This document shows, one piece after another, positions 11,350-20,919 of a DNA stretch of 64,000 nt. Under the pieces are notes generated by a model, which saw only the letters and a program-made list of their open reading frames with translations, made no database searches and had not been told where the DNA came from. Made by a program: the position numbers and the translations under genes. This DNA is from Candidatus Bathyarchaeota archaeon (lineage in GTDB: Archaea; Thermoproteota; Bathyarchaeia; 40CM-2-53-6): the NCBI GenBank assembly GCA_963733055.1, contig CAVTBR010000002.1, positions 32,001 to 96,000 on the forward strand. The letters are read 5' to 3'. The first letter of the stretch is position 1. Every line of letters starts with the position of its first letter.

Positions 11350-12521
11350 GCTGCTTGTCAGGCGTAGTTCTGTTGTGGAACAAAGCTAGAGACCCGATCC
11401 GACTTCTAATGACACCCGGCCCCGTCGAGGTATCCCCACGCGTACTATCAGCGTTAGCCAGACCACAGGTCTACCACTATTACAAGGGATTCGTCGATTT
11501 CTTCGCTGAAACGACCGAGAAGATCAGACAAATCTACCAAACCAAGAATGACGTCCTCATAATGCAAGGAGAAGGCGTGCTCGGACTCGAAGCGGCGGTG
11601 GTCAACACCGTGAACCCTGGAGACAAGGTGTTGGTGCTGGATAACGGTCCGTTTGGAAAATGGTTTGGACTCTACGTGGAAAACGCGGGCGGCAAGCCCG
11701 TCTACCTCACTTCCCCGAACAACGAGGCGTTCCATCCCGAGAAGCTCAAGGAGAAACTTGACGTCGAGAAAGACATTAAAGCCATGACGGTGGTTCATTG
11801 CGAAACGCCCGCCGGGATTCTAAACCCCGTGCAGGATCTTTGTCCGATCGCGAAGAGAAAGGGCGTTTTGACGATCGTTGACGCTGTTGCGTCTCTCGGT
11901 GGCGTTGACGTTCAACCCGATAAATGGGGAATTGACCTCTGCTGCAGCGCCTCCCAGAAGGCAATATCATCCTCGGCCGGATTGACAATGCTATCCGTCA
12001 GCAAAGATGGTTGGGAGGCCATTGACGGAAAGAAGAACCCGGTCAAGAATTCGTACCTTAGCATTTCAGATTACCGAGATACTTGGTTGAAAGAGAGGCG
12101 GTTTCCGTTCACACCGCTGGTTGCGGAGATATATGGCCTCAACGAGGCGGCCAACGAGGTTCTGGAGGAAGGTCTGCAGAATTGTTTCCAACGGCACCAC
12201 ACTGTTGCGAACGCTTGCAGGGATGGGGCGGAGAAAGCTGGGTTCAAGCTATGGGTTAAGGGACGAGAGGACGCATCTGACACCGTAACGGCCCTACAGA
12301 TACCCCCGGGCGTCACCGATGCTGAAATCGTCCAACACATGGTCGAGAAGTATGGGATTTTGATCGGTGGAGGTTACAAGGAAACAAAAGGCGAGCTTCT
12401 GCGAATCGGCCACATGGGATACCAAGCAACGCTGACCAACATTATAACAACGCTCGCGGCTCTTGAAGGAACTTTGGCTGATCTGAGGAAGAAGAAACTG
12501 ATAGCGGTCCCAGCGAAGTAG
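11316..12521 (+). CDS. Class V aminotransferase, pyridoxamine:pyruvate aminotransferase-like (start probably near 11373)
   Basis: MTPGP, QGEGVLGLEAA, HCETP, DAVAS, SQK, FPFTP and RIGHMG motifs. Confidence 0.85.
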   Translation: MNHELISKITACCLSGVVLLWNKARDPIRLLMTPGPVEVSPRVLSALARPQVYHYYKGFVDFFAETTEKIRQIYQTKNDVLIMQGEGVLGLEAAVVNTVNPGDKVLVLDNGPFGKWFGLYVENAGGKPVYLTSPNNEAFHPEKLKEKLDVEKDIKAMTVVHCETPAGILNPVQDLCPIAKRKGVLTIVDAVASLGGVDVQPDKWGIDLCCSASQKAISSSAGLTMLSVSKDGWEAIDGKKNPVKNSYLSISDYRDTWLKERRFPFTPLVAEIYGLNEAANEVLEEGLQNCFQRHHTVANACRDGAEKAGFKLWVKGREDASDTVTALQIPPGVTDAEIVQHMVEKYGILIGGGYKETKGELLRIGHMGYQATLTNIITTLAALEGTLADLRKKKLIAVPAK

Positions 12522-12644
12522 ATCGCTCAGACATCCTCTTTTCACCTACCTAGCTCCGAAGTAAGAGGCGTACCGAATGTTTCTCATAGTTGACTGACCA
12601 CTGACGCTCAGTTACTCTGAGATATTCAGCAGGAGGAAGCAGCT

Positions 12645-13648
12645 TTGAAGGTGGGCGTTAGGTTGCCAAATTCTGGTCCACTAGCCTCCGCAGAGGCAAT
12701 TCTGCGCGGTGCTGAACTCGCAGAGCAACTTGGCTACGACTCCGTGTGGGTTCACGACCACATCATCTGGGGCACTGAGCAGCATAGAGATCACCTGTCA
12801 TCAGGCTCCGCTGAGGCACTGAACTCATCGCAATTGCCAAACTTCTACGAATCACTTGCAACTTTAGCCACGATTGCGGGGCGGACTGATCGAGTGAAAC
12901 TAGGGGTCGCGGTAGTCATACTTCCGCTACGCAACCCTGTAGTCTTCGCGAAACAGACGTCGGTTATAGACGTACTCTCGGGTGGCAGACTGATGGTAGG
13001 AGTTGCACCCGGTGCGCCCAAGATTACTGAGAAAGAGTTCGAATCGATTGGGGTTGAGTACCATAAGCGAGGAAAAATCACGGACGACTACATTAGAGCA
13101 GTCAAGAATCTCTGGACCGAGCAGTTAGCAACGTACGAGGGTAGTTTCGTCTCGTTCAATAAAGTGCAGATGTTTCCTAAACCTCTCCAGAAACCACACC
13201 CCCCGATTCTAATCGCGGGCGGAGAACGAGGGCTGAGCGAGATCGCGATACAGCGAGTCGCTGAGCTAGGTAATGGATGGATCCCTGCGTATCTCACCGA
13301 GACTGAGCTTGAGCAAGGAACTAAACAGCTTGAGCGGAGGATGAAGGAGGTCGGGAGGGGGGATGAAAAGTTAATGGTTGGGCTTGAAATGTTTACGGGC
13401 ATCAGCCAATCAGAAGGCGAAGCCGAGAGGACCTACTCGGCTACGCTCATGAAAAACTTCAATTCTGCTGAGGAAGGGATGAAACGAAGCCTCGTAGGAT
13501 CGACTGGATCGATTGCGAAGAGACTCGACACGCGTACGAGAGAGTGGGACTGGATTTTGTTGAATTGAAGTTCATGTACTCCACCATTCAACAGTTCCAC
13601 GAGCTGATGACAAAATTTGCCAAAGATATACTTCCATCTTTCAAATAA
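12645..13648 (+). CDS. LLM-class (probably F420-dependent) oxidoreductase, frameshift near 13530
   Basis: WVHDH, LRNP and PKPLQKPHPP motifs. The C-terminus AYERVGLDFVELKF...DILPSFK* continues in another frame. Confidence 0.85.
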
Positions 13649-13680
13649 CGCAACTTAGCAAGATGCAAGAATGACAGTCC

Positions 13681-14250
13681 ATGGCGCGATTTCTAACCAG
13701 GGAACTTGGACGACGGACATGGCCTGACTTCGTGAGGGTTATGGAGAAGCACAATGGTGTGTGGGGTGGATGCTGGTGCGTCACCTTCCACTTCAAGCCC
13801 GGAGGGTCGATCCGAGGGGCTACGCCGCGCAGAGCATACAAGGAGAGGCTCGTTCGAGCGAACAAGTCCCACGCTGCCCTCGTCTATGACGGGGCGGATG
13901 TCGTTGGGTGGTGTCAGTTCGGGTCCCCTGGCGAGCTCCCGGGCCGAATGGGAGGGTTCCGCAAGTTGGGTGTGGCTCAGCCCGACTGGAGGATTACATG
14001 CTTTTTCGTCGACCGCAGCCGGAGAGGAGAGGGAGTAGCGGAGGCAGCGTTGGGGGGCGCTCTTCGAATGATCGCCGCCAGAGGAGGCGGGACGGTCGAC
14101 GGATATCCAATCGCAACCCGAGGGAAACCTTACTCGAGTTCATTCTTGTGGGGTGGAATTGAATCAATGTTCGCCGACGTCGGATTCCGCCAGCTTGGTC
14201 ATCTCGGCACAAGTAAGTTAGTAATGCGAAAGAAGGTTCGTGGCCGATGA
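13681..14250 (+). CDS. GNAT N-acetyltransferase
   Basis: GCWC, VGWCQ, ITCFFV and RRGEGVA acetyl-CoA motif. Confidence 0.85.
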   Translation: MARFLTRELGRRTWPDFVRVMEKHNGVWGGCWCVTFHFKPGGSIRGATPRRAYKERLVRANKSHAALVYDGADVVGWCQFGSPGELPGRMGGFRKLGVAQPDWRITCFFVDRSRRGEGVAEAALGGALRMIAARGGGTVDGYPIATRGKPYSSSFLWGGIESMFADVGFRQLGHLGTSKLVMRKKVRGR

Positions 14251-14347
14251 TGTCATCCTCGCCCAACAAGTCTCCGTGTTAGGATAAGGGCTCAGATCTC
14301 TCTTGATCTTATGCGTTACTCGCGGTAACAGAGAGTAATAAGGTACC

Positions 14348-14408
14348 CATCTGAGGGTAACGGTACCTTCTCGTCAGCCCGAAAGGGCTGTTACTTTTCG
14401 TCTGCTGA
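14348..14408 (+). repeat. Left target duplication plus left TIR of element A
   Basis: CATCTGAG|GGTAACGGTACCTTCTCGTCAGCCCGAAAGGGCTGTTACTTTTCGTCTGC. Confidence 0.9.
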
Positions 14409-14534
14409 CTCAGCCAATGTTAACGCATAGTCTACGGTTGACCGCTGATGTGGACTCCGCCATTACGTTTGGTTGTTGGTCTTTATGGAAGTTGCTTTAC
14501 GAATTAGGGCAACGATCCGTGGTTTACAACATTA

Positions 14535-14903
14535 TCATTGACGGTAACAAATGCAAGCACTTACATCATAATTCGGATGACTCATCACAACGCAAAAGCA
14601 ACTTCCGTTCCACGTTCCTCCGCAACCTACGCCTTCGAAACCTCCCATCTCTACGGGGCCTATCTCCATGAGAGGTTTCAGAGTTGCCGCTAATTCTTTA
14701 CTCATTGGTACCTCGGTCTGATCTCTCCCCTTCCTCCCCGTTCGGAAGACCCAACCGGAGGGGTTCTTACCCACCATGTCCAGAAAATCATTCACCGCCT
14801 TTGTGTAATGCGTGTTTGCCTCCGTCGTTTTATCGCGTAACCTGTCAAGTTCTGAGATGGAGTTCTTGAGTGCATCTATTTTCTCACGCTTCTCATCAGT
14901 CAT
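14535..14903 (-). CDS. Cargo: hypothetical protein with Cys-rich C-terminus
   Basis: 122-aa ORF with a helical N-terminus and five Cys in the last 29 residues. Confidence 0.65.
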   Translation of the reverse strand: MTDEKREKIDALKNSISELDRLRDKTTEANTHYTKAVNDFLDMVGKNPSGWVFRTGRKGRDQTEVPMSKELAATLKPLMEIGPVEMGGFEGVGCGGTWNGSCFCVVMSHPNYDVSACICYRQ

Positions 14904-15046
14904 TTCAACATCGCCTGCGAGAAAACTGATCCAAGTAGGTTTAACCTTAGAAAAGGTATTTAACTTTTTACAGGTTCGGTAGCGCTTTTTCGTCCGCCAT
15001 TTTTGCTGTAGAGCGGTTTACTCTTGGATTTCAAGAGAAAAATAGC

Positions 15047-15286
15047 ATGCCCACCGTTTGCGTCCTCATTGTAGTTTTTCGTCTCGCATGGGTAGTGTTA
15101 AAGGTGCAAGGGGGTGATACCAAGAAAAACAGACCTCGATTGAAACCTAGACAAGTCTTGTACGCTTTAGTCGGTGTGGGCGCTTTTTATTTTGCCTACA
15201 CGAACTATACTTCTGGCAATGCTCAGGTTGCGGGTTTCCTTGCTCTGATAGGACTTGTTTCGTTCTATCTGGGGTTCAAGCGATGA
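15047..15286 (+). CDS. Cargo: small membrane protein
   Basis: Hydrophobic segments; ATGA overlap with the next gene. Confidence 0.55.
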   Translation: MPTVCVLIVVFRLAWVVLKVQGGDTKKNRPRLKPRQVLYALVGVGAFYFAYTNYTSGNAQVAGFLALIGLVSFYLGFKR

Positions 15287-15720
15287 GCCACGTCAAACGT
15301 TATGCGCCAATTGGCATCATTCTGATTCTGGTATGTTACAACATCTATCTCGCAATTGTAAGCGATCCTGCCACGAGAGCAACCTACTTTACAACAATTG
15401 TTGTTCTAGCTATCTACCTCGCTGACCAGATCACGAAACTGCCTTCTTCAGTCGAATCGGGGAAAATGGACGAAGTGCCAACAGCGGTAGTCGATCTGGT
15501 TAGTGAAGCTCAAGAATGGGCCAAAGGGCGGTTGACTGGCATAGACATAAAACGATGGGGCCAACCTACAGTGAAAGATAATGGAAAGGGAGACATTGAG
15601 GTCTCAGGAACAATAGATCGCACTTATCCACAGGAAAGGTATACCTATCTTTACCACAAGAAAGACGGCCACATACAAACGGACTCGTATGTTGATTGGT
15701 TCAGCACATACTCGTTCTGA
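15283..15720 (+). CDS. Cargo: 2-TM membrane protein with soluble C-terminal domain
   Basis: 145-aa ORF convergent on the transposase. Confidence 0.65.
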   Translation: MSHVKRYAPIGIILILVCYNIYLAIVSDPATRATYFTTIVVLAIYLADQITKLPSSVESGKMDEVPTAVVDLVSEAQEWAKGRLTGIDIKRWGQPTVKDNGKGDIEVSGTIDRTYPQERYTYLYHKKDGHIQTDSYVDWFSTYSF

Positions 15721-15734
15721 TTTTCGTTGAGTCA

Positions 15735-16901
15735 TTAAATGGGATTGCTTCTTCGCGTATTCTGTTTCCGTGAAGCATTTTGAATTAACGTCAACCACTT
15801 ATTCTCTCCCTGAACCTCAATGCCCGCTAAGTCGGCTGGCGTTTTCCCGTTCAAACCCTCATGTGGTCGTATGAAGTTGTGGTAGATTTGCATCCCCGCT
15901 AAGATTGGAGTATCGGTTCTTTCAAGCGTCCTCATTACCCGTTCTCGGTCACGTAGTTCTCCGTTCATGCGCTCCATTTTGTTATTGTGAACTGTTCCAT
16001 CCATGCGAATGTCTCGAATATGCTCAGTTCGAGTTTCTAGTCGTTGTGTGTAGAACTCTTTCTCGTATGCCTCGTGAAAGTTTGGTGCGCCGTCAGTGAT
16101 GAGCGTCTTAGGATTCTTCTCTGCGATTTCCTTACCTTTCTGGAATAGCGGGCGTAGATCAGCCGTGAACTTTGTGTCGGCAACCTCTTGGGCTATCCAG
16201 AATCTGGTCTGATCGTCCATAAGAGCGTAGAGGTACTTCATGTTCCCTTTGACCTTGAGGAATAGTTCGTCAGCTCTCCACGTGTCACTGACTTGCGGTG
16301 TGATCTTGTCTAGGTACGTCTCCACCAGTTCGGTGTAGCGTTTAATCCAATAGAACACGGTCTTATGGCTAACTTGAACGCCAAGCAACCGCAGCGATCT
16401 AGCCGTATTCCGCAGGCTCTCCCCTGAGAAGTAGAGTTGCATGGCAGTTGTGATTCCTTGTGGGCTGTGCTTCATTCGCTCAAATCCAAAGTTCACCGTG
16501 AACCATTTTCGGCAAGCCTTGCAGAAGAATTTCTGAATGTCACCGTATTTGTTGTGACGTAACCCCTCTTTCTTGATATTCTCAGATTTACAATAGATAC
16601 AACCGTGAATCTCGGTTACCGGTTCAATAACTCTCGCTTGAACATGCTCCCTGATTTTTTGGGATAGTTCGACCGCCCACACATGCTTGCAGCGAAGAAT
16701 TTCGTGGAGTTCGCTCACGCGGTAGTGGTAGTCCAAGCAATTACAAATCCAAGAACCATTCTCGCGGCGAACCACATCATACATACCGTGTCCGTTCTGA
16801 GAAGCAACCTTGTAGGTTCGCTCGTCCATGCGCTGAATCTGGTTCGGCTTCTCAGCAATCATTCGCCCCTTTTCCTCACGGGAGAGAACGGTTCTTTGCA
16901 T
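15735..16901 (-). CDS. IS6/IS240-like DDE transposase with N-terminal SWIM zinc finger, zinc ribbon and HTH
   Basis: CNC..CKH (SWIM), CIYC..CKAC, WRADE, LITDG, NNKMERMNG and YHNFIRPH motifs. Confidence 0.92.
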   Translation of the reverse strand: MQRTVLSREEKGRMIAEKPNQIQRMDERTYKVASQNGHGMYDVVRRENGSWICNCLDYHYRVSELHEILRCKHVWAVELSQKIREHVQARVIEPVTEIHGCIYCKSENIKKEGLRHNKYGDIQKFFCKACRKWFTVNFGFERMKHSPQGITTAMQLYFSGESLRNTARSLRLLGVQVSHKTVFYWIKRYTELVETYLDKITPQVSDTWRADELFLKVKGNMKYLYALMDDQTRFWIAQEVADTKFTADLRPLFQKGKEIAEKNPKTLITDGAPNFHEAYEKEFYTQRLETRTEHIRDIRMDGTVHNNKMERMNGELRDRERVMRTLERTDTPILAGMQIYHNFIRPHEGLNGKTPADLAGIEVQGENKWLTLIQNASRKQNTRRSNPI

Positions 16902-16910
16902 CGCAAATCA

Positions 16911-16968
16911 CTACGACAATATTGTAATGCGCAAGACAAATATAGGCCTTACGACAATATTGTCGTAG
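16911..16968. promoter_or_regulatory. Putative operator pair in the divergent promoter
   Basis: Perfect 18-bp palindrome TACGACAATATTGTCGTA at 16950-16967, and a 14-bp copy TACGACAATATTGT at 16912-16925. Confidence 0.7.
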
Positions 16969-16975
16969 GTATCTG

Positions 16976-17170
16976 TTGGTTAGAAAAGAGGTACTTGGAA
17001 CATCCGAACGAGAAATACTCGAAGCCTACCTGAAAGGTGAACGACTCAAGAACTACACCGTACTATTACATCGCATACGTAAGATCGGATTGAAGGCAAT
17101 CATCCAAGGATGCCGACGCGACTTAGTTCTTTTGGAGAAACTTTTGCAAATTGAATCGGGAAGAGAATGA
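16976..17170 (+). CDS. Small helical protein divergent from the transposase, candidate regulator
   Basis: 64-aa ORF sharing a 74-bp intergenic region with the palindromes. Confidence 0.65.
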   Translation: MVRKEVLGTSEREILEAYLKGERLKNYTVLLHRIRKIGLKAIIQGCRRDLVLLEKLLQIESGRE

Positions 17171-17198
17171 TTTCTCGGTCAGGTACGGGATAAGCGGC

Positions 17199-17939
17199 TC
17201 ACTTAGGTTGAAAGGCTTTCAGTGCTTGATGCGACGAAATGTCAAGCCTAAGTCTCATATGTGGTTGCTCAGGTAATTTCTCTCCAAAGAATTGATAATC
17301 GAGATCAATGCAATTTCTCTTGAGAGTATCTCGTAGCGTACTGAGCAACTCTGGGTTTTTAATGTCCGTATTTAGAAGGAGAGTTGCCTCGTCTTTTCCC
17401 TTGTAGGCAACCCAGATATTCATAACCTCACTCACGCCCTTAACCAGCGTTATGAGTTGAGGTGGACTTCTAAAGGAAACATTTCCCGTAGTTCCATCAA
17501 CTGTACTCTCTAGCTTCGACCAAGCGGGATGAAATTCAATTTCTCCCGTATCAATCCATAGTTTTGCACCCGCATTGGCTATTGTGCTATTGATCGCTGT
17601 AACTCTGAACTGTTGATAGAGAAAGTGCATCTTCCCTTTCGCAGGAAGTACTTGTGTCAGCGTGAATACATCAATTCCCATACTATGGGTGGTATTATCA
17701 TTCCAAACGGTTGACATGGGCTGCGAAAGTTCAACAAGAAGTGTCGGTGCTTTACCGATGAACGCCATGATTTCGGGTTTGAAGGTCCATAGAACTAAAC
17801 CACCAAGCCCCACAGTAGCTTCCGCGATCACTACTGTCCAGTATTCATTCCACAAAATATGTTCCTCGTAAGACACTACGCCCACGAAAACTACAACCGC
17901 TGCTATCGCGGATAGCCCTAGCCAAACTCTTCTGCGCAT
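17199..17939 (-). CDS. Cargo: membrane-anchored hypothetical protein
   Basis: Two N-terminal TM helices followed by a soluble domain. Confidence 0.7.
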   Translation of the reverse strand: MRRRVWLGLSAIAAVVVFVGVVSYEEHILWNEYWTVVIAEATVGLGGLVLWTFKPEIMAFIGKAPTLLVELSQPMSTVWNDNTTHSMGIDVFTLTQVLPAKGKMHFLYQQFRVTAINSTIANAGAKLWIDTGEIEFHPAWSKLESTVDGTTGNVSFRSPPQLITLVKGVSEVMNIWVAYKGKDEATLLLNTDIKNPELLSTLRDTLKRNCIDLDYQFFGEKLPEQPHMRLRLDISSHQALKAFQPK

Positions 17940-17992
17940 GAATTACTGTAAACCTCCAAGTAGCGTATTTAACAAGAGACCCTGACAGAACG

Positions 17993-18053
17993 CTAGCTGA
18001 CGAACGGTAACAGCCTGCTGCGGCTGACGAGAAGGTAACGTTACCCATCTGAG
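17993..18053 (-). repeat. Right TIR plus target duplication of element A
   Basis: Reverse complement GGTAACGTTACCTTCTCGTCAGCCGCAGCAGGCTGTTACCGTTCGTCAGC, followed on the plus strand by CATCTGAG. Confidence 0.9.
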
Positions 18054-18079
18054 GGTAACGCGTCGTTGTCGTTTGGTCG

Positions 18080-18322
18080 CTAGGGCTGTTTACTTTCGTT
18101 TGGTGGTTTTCTTCGCAAAACCATTACTGACAAGATGGCCGCTATCAACAGTAGCAAAAAGCTGCTGCCTCCGGCAATTCCAGTAATTGTTTCGTAAGGT
18201 TGAGGGTACACCGCGGAGGGTATACCGAGCGAGTTTCTAACCGACACTCCCACGGAGACGAGTACTACGACGAGAAAGCACATACCGAGGCATATTGCCG
18301 CTGTGACCCGTTCTGTGTCCAA
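18080..18322 (-). CDS. Cargo of element B: 2-TM small protein
   Basis: Starts 1 nt after the relic transposase stop and ends inside the TIR. Confidence 0.6.
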   Translation of the reverse strand: MDTERVTAAICLGMCFLVVVLVSVGVSVRNSLGIPSAVYPQPYETITGIAGGSSFLLLLIAAILSVMVLRRKPPNESKQP

Positions 18323-18323
18323 T

Positions 18324-18530
18324 TTAGTTCGTTGGAGGCTTTCTGCTGGCGTTCTGTATTAAGGTCATCCACTTGTCCGTACCCTTAACCTCTATTCCCG
18401 CGACCTCTGATGGAGTCTTACCCTCTAAGGCTTCGTGTGGTCGAATATAGTTGTGGAAGATTTGCATATCTGACTGAATCGACGTATCCGATTTCTCTCA
18501 GGGTGCACATTGCGCGTTCCCGATCGGTTA
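18324..18530 (-). pseudogene. Transposase 3' relic
   Basis: DRERAMCTL/EKSDT..MQIFHNYIRPHEALEGKTPSEVAGIEVKGTDKWMTLIQNASRK, homologous to the C-terminus of 15735..16901. Confidence 0.9.
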
Positions 18531-18550
18531 TATGCAGTAGAGGGGTTCGC

Positions 18551-20389
18551 TTAGGGGAGGTTGAGGTAGCTGAGTTTTTCTTTGGTTGGGACTCCTTGTT
18601 CGTCCCATCCTCTCATTTCGTAGTAGGGGCCTAGCATTTTGCTCACGTCACACGTTTGTCCCTTGGCCGTTCCTTCTGGCATTGGTTCTAGGAACCGGTC
18701 AGGAATTACGTCATCTTTTCTCGTGTAACCTTCCCTCAGATTAAACAGTCTCTCAATGTTCACGATTCTCTCACCCACCTTAACCATCTCGGCATAACTC
18801 TGCTTCATGCCCGTAGCATCACGGATGCACCGCTCAATAACTGGGGGGCTGAAGCCGAAGTCTAAGCAGAAATCGCAGAATACAGCGGAATCAATGGGTG
18901 CCGCGGTTGAATCCTGGAAATCTATTACCCATTTTACTTTGCTGCGGTCCTCCGAGAATCGATCAACTTTCTCCGGCATCCCGAAGAGTTCCACCGCTAT
19001 CGTCCAGCCGTCATTGTGATCGGCGCCGCGAGATGCGGTTGCATAGTTCAACCCGATGCCCTTCGCGCCCCTAGGGTCGTAGCCCGGCATCTCAAGCCCC
19101 TTGACATGCATCGCGAACTTCCAAGCGTCGCTACCCAATTTCTCTGCGGCAACCTTGACTCCATCCGCAAGCGTATTTCCTATCCCTTCCCTTCGTGCGA
19201 TTTTCTCCACTAGCCATAGTAGGGCGTCATCGTTTCCGAAGTTCAACTTCACACCCTCAGTTTGTTGGTCGGTTATGATGCCCCGTTCGTAGCATTCCAT
19301 GGCGAATCCCGTGACCACGCCGGTGGAAATCGTGTCCATGCCGTATTGATCGCATAGAAGGTTGGCGTGGGCTATGGTTTCGAATGAGGGGATCCCGCAG
19401 TTCGCTCCCAACGCGAAAATGTTCTCATGCTCTGGCCTGTCGGTTCTGACGCCCGCGTGAGGGCCATCTTTTATGTCGATCCACTTTGAGCAAAGAACCC
19501 TGCAACCCCAGCAATGGACGAAGCCTCGGTTCGGGTAATGGGATTTTATGTAGGTGGCGTCGATCTTGTCAACCATATCGAAGTAGCCGCTCTGGAAGTT
19601 TCGGGTCGGCATAAGCCCCATCTCGTTGACGAATGAAACCGACCCCGTGGTCCCATCCTCCTTGAACGCCTTCACAACATCGTTGTTGTCCACGATCTTT
19701 CCTATCCAAAGTAATGTCTCGCGCCAATGATCCCTGTCCAAAAATGTCTCGGCCTTTCCCGATCCTTCGACTGCAAAGGCTTTCAGATTCTTTGAACCCA
19801 TTACGGCTCCCGGCCCACATCTGGCGGCGGCCGCGTGTTTGTCGCTCATTATCGCCGCGATCTTGACCAAGTGCTCGCCTGCGGGCCCGATCGAAGCAAC
19901 TCTAATCGTCGGCTTCGAACCTAGCTCGGTGCTGACAGCAGCTTCGGTGTCGTGGGTGGTTTTGCCCCACAGGTGAGACGCGTCCCTGAGCTCAAACTGA
20001 CCATTGTGAAGGTACCCGTAGACTTTCTTCTCGGATTTTCCTTGGATTATTACGCCATCATAGCCCGCGAATTTGATGTTCGGCCCAAGGTGCCCTCCAC
20101 AGAAACCGACCGAGATCGTGCCGGTTGAGGGAGATTTCATTCCAACCGTATATTTCCCGGTTAACGGAACGTTGGTGCCCGCGAGCGGGCCCGTCATGAA
20201 AATTAATCTATTATCAGGACCAAGTGGGTCTGCGTGTGGCGGAAGTTCGTCGTACAGGATTTTTGCGATGAACCCCCTGCCGCCCATCCAAGTCTCAGCG
20301 AAATCATTGTCAATTACTTTCTCTGACGTCTTGCCGGTTGTGAGGTCGACCCGAAGAAGCTTGCCCACGTAACCTTTGTAATCAGTCAA
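18551..20389 (-). CDS. aor: Aldehyde:ferredoxin oxidoreductase family (tungstopterin)
   Basis: LRVDLT, GGRG, IGPAGE, GAVMGSKNLK, CWGCRVLC, GMDTIS and YYEMRGWD motifs. Confidence 0.92.
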   Translation of the reverse strand: MTDYKGYVGKLLRVDLTTGKTSEKVIDNDFAETWMGGRGFIAKILYDELPPHADPLGPDNRLIFMTGPLAGTNVPLTGKYTVGMKSPSTGTISVGFCGGHLGPNIKFAGYDGVIIQGKSEKKVYGYLHNGQFELRDASHLWGKTTHDTEAAVSTELGSKPTIRVASIGPAGEHLVKIAAIMSDKHAAAARCGPGAVMGSKNLKAFAVEGSGKAETFLDRDHWRETLLWIGKIVDNNDVVKAFKEDGTTGSVSFVNEMGLMPTRNFQSGYFDMVDKIDATYIKSHYPNRGFVHCWGCRVLCSKWIDIKDGPHAGVRTDRPEHENIFALGANCGIPSFETIAHANLLCDQYGMDTISTGVVTGFAMECYERGIITDQQTEGVKLNFGNDDALLWLVEKIARREGIGNTLADGVKVAAEKLGSDAWKFAMHVKGLEMPGYDPRGAKGIGLNYATASRGADHNDGWTIAVELFGMPEKVDRFSEDRSKVKWVIDFQDSTAAPIDSAVFCDFCLDFGFSPPVIERCIRDATGMKQSYAEMVKVGERIVNIERLFNLREGYTRKDDVIPDRFLEPMPEGTAKGQTCDVSKMLGPYYEMRGWDEQGVPTKEKLSYLNLP

Positions 20390-20539
20390 AGGTACCGCGT
20401 AGCAGCGAAATCAAAACCACCCTATATGACTTATGCCATGCTTCTCCTACAAAACTGGAGTGCAGCGCACCTATCCATTCTACAAGACGCAGGCCGATTT
20501 CTGGAAATTCCCGAAGAAGATGCTGGTTGAGTTATCGCT

Positions 20540-20899
20540 CTACCCGTTTTTTGTGGGAGGGTATGCTGGGTGCGAGAAAGTGTACACCATCACCACGTCT
20601 TCGGGCCCGTCATTCTTCACACCGTGCGCGGTGCCCGGCGGAATGTACACTGCCGAGTTGGGTCCGAACTCAACCTCACCGTCCGTCAACGTGATTTTTC
20701 CCTTGCCGGAAATTATGAAGGCACACTCCTCTTCCGTGTGAATCTTCTTCTCTGTGTTTGCTCCCGGTTTGAACGTTGAGAAGCCCAGCATCATTTTCTT
20801 TGTGCCGATGGTGTTCTTGGAGAGTAATTCGACGAGCCAGCTTCCGTCAGGGAGGGTGGACCGTACTCCCTGGTCTTGCCGCACGACTTTAACTTCCAT
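20540..20899 (-). CDS. Cupin domain protein
   Basis: HTEEE...G.G and YIPPGTAH motifs; probable start MEVKVV. Confidence 0.85.
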   Translation of the reverse strand: MEVKVVRQDQGVRSTLPDGSWLVELLSKNTIGTKKMMLGFSTFKPGANTEKKIHTEEECAFIISGKGKITLTDGEVEFGPNSAVYIPPGTAHGVKNDGPEDVVMVYTFSHPAYPPTKNG

Positions 20900-20919
20900 A
20901 AAACTTTCCGCCTCGTGAG

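Larger units (their letters stand above)
14356..18045. mobile_element. Intact cargo-carrying IS6-like transposon (element A, 3690 bp)
   Basis: TIRs GGTAACG(G/T)TACCTTCTCGTCAGCC...GGCTGTTAC at both ends, 8-bp direct repeat CATCTGAG at 14348-14355 and 18046-18053, and a central DDE transposase. Confidence 0.9.
18054..18530 (-). mobile_element. Truncated sister element B (TIR, cargo gene, transposase 3' relic)
   Basis: TIR GGTAACGCGTCGTTGTCGTTTGGT...GCTGTTTACTTTCGTTTGGT at 18054-18104, near-identical to the inverted copy at 32575-32625. Confidence 0.8.

Noticed and set aside
14285-14347. Additional decayed element ends (GCGTTACT..GGTAAC) left of element A
   Set aside because: The matches are only 6-8 bp, suggestive but not enough to call.
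18038-18062. Xer/dif or integron att site (CGTTACCC-ATCTGA-GGGTAACG)
   Set aside because: It is better explained as two abutting TIRs around an 8-bp duplication, and no tyrosine recombinase is in the window. A 6-bp core reading is not formally excluded.
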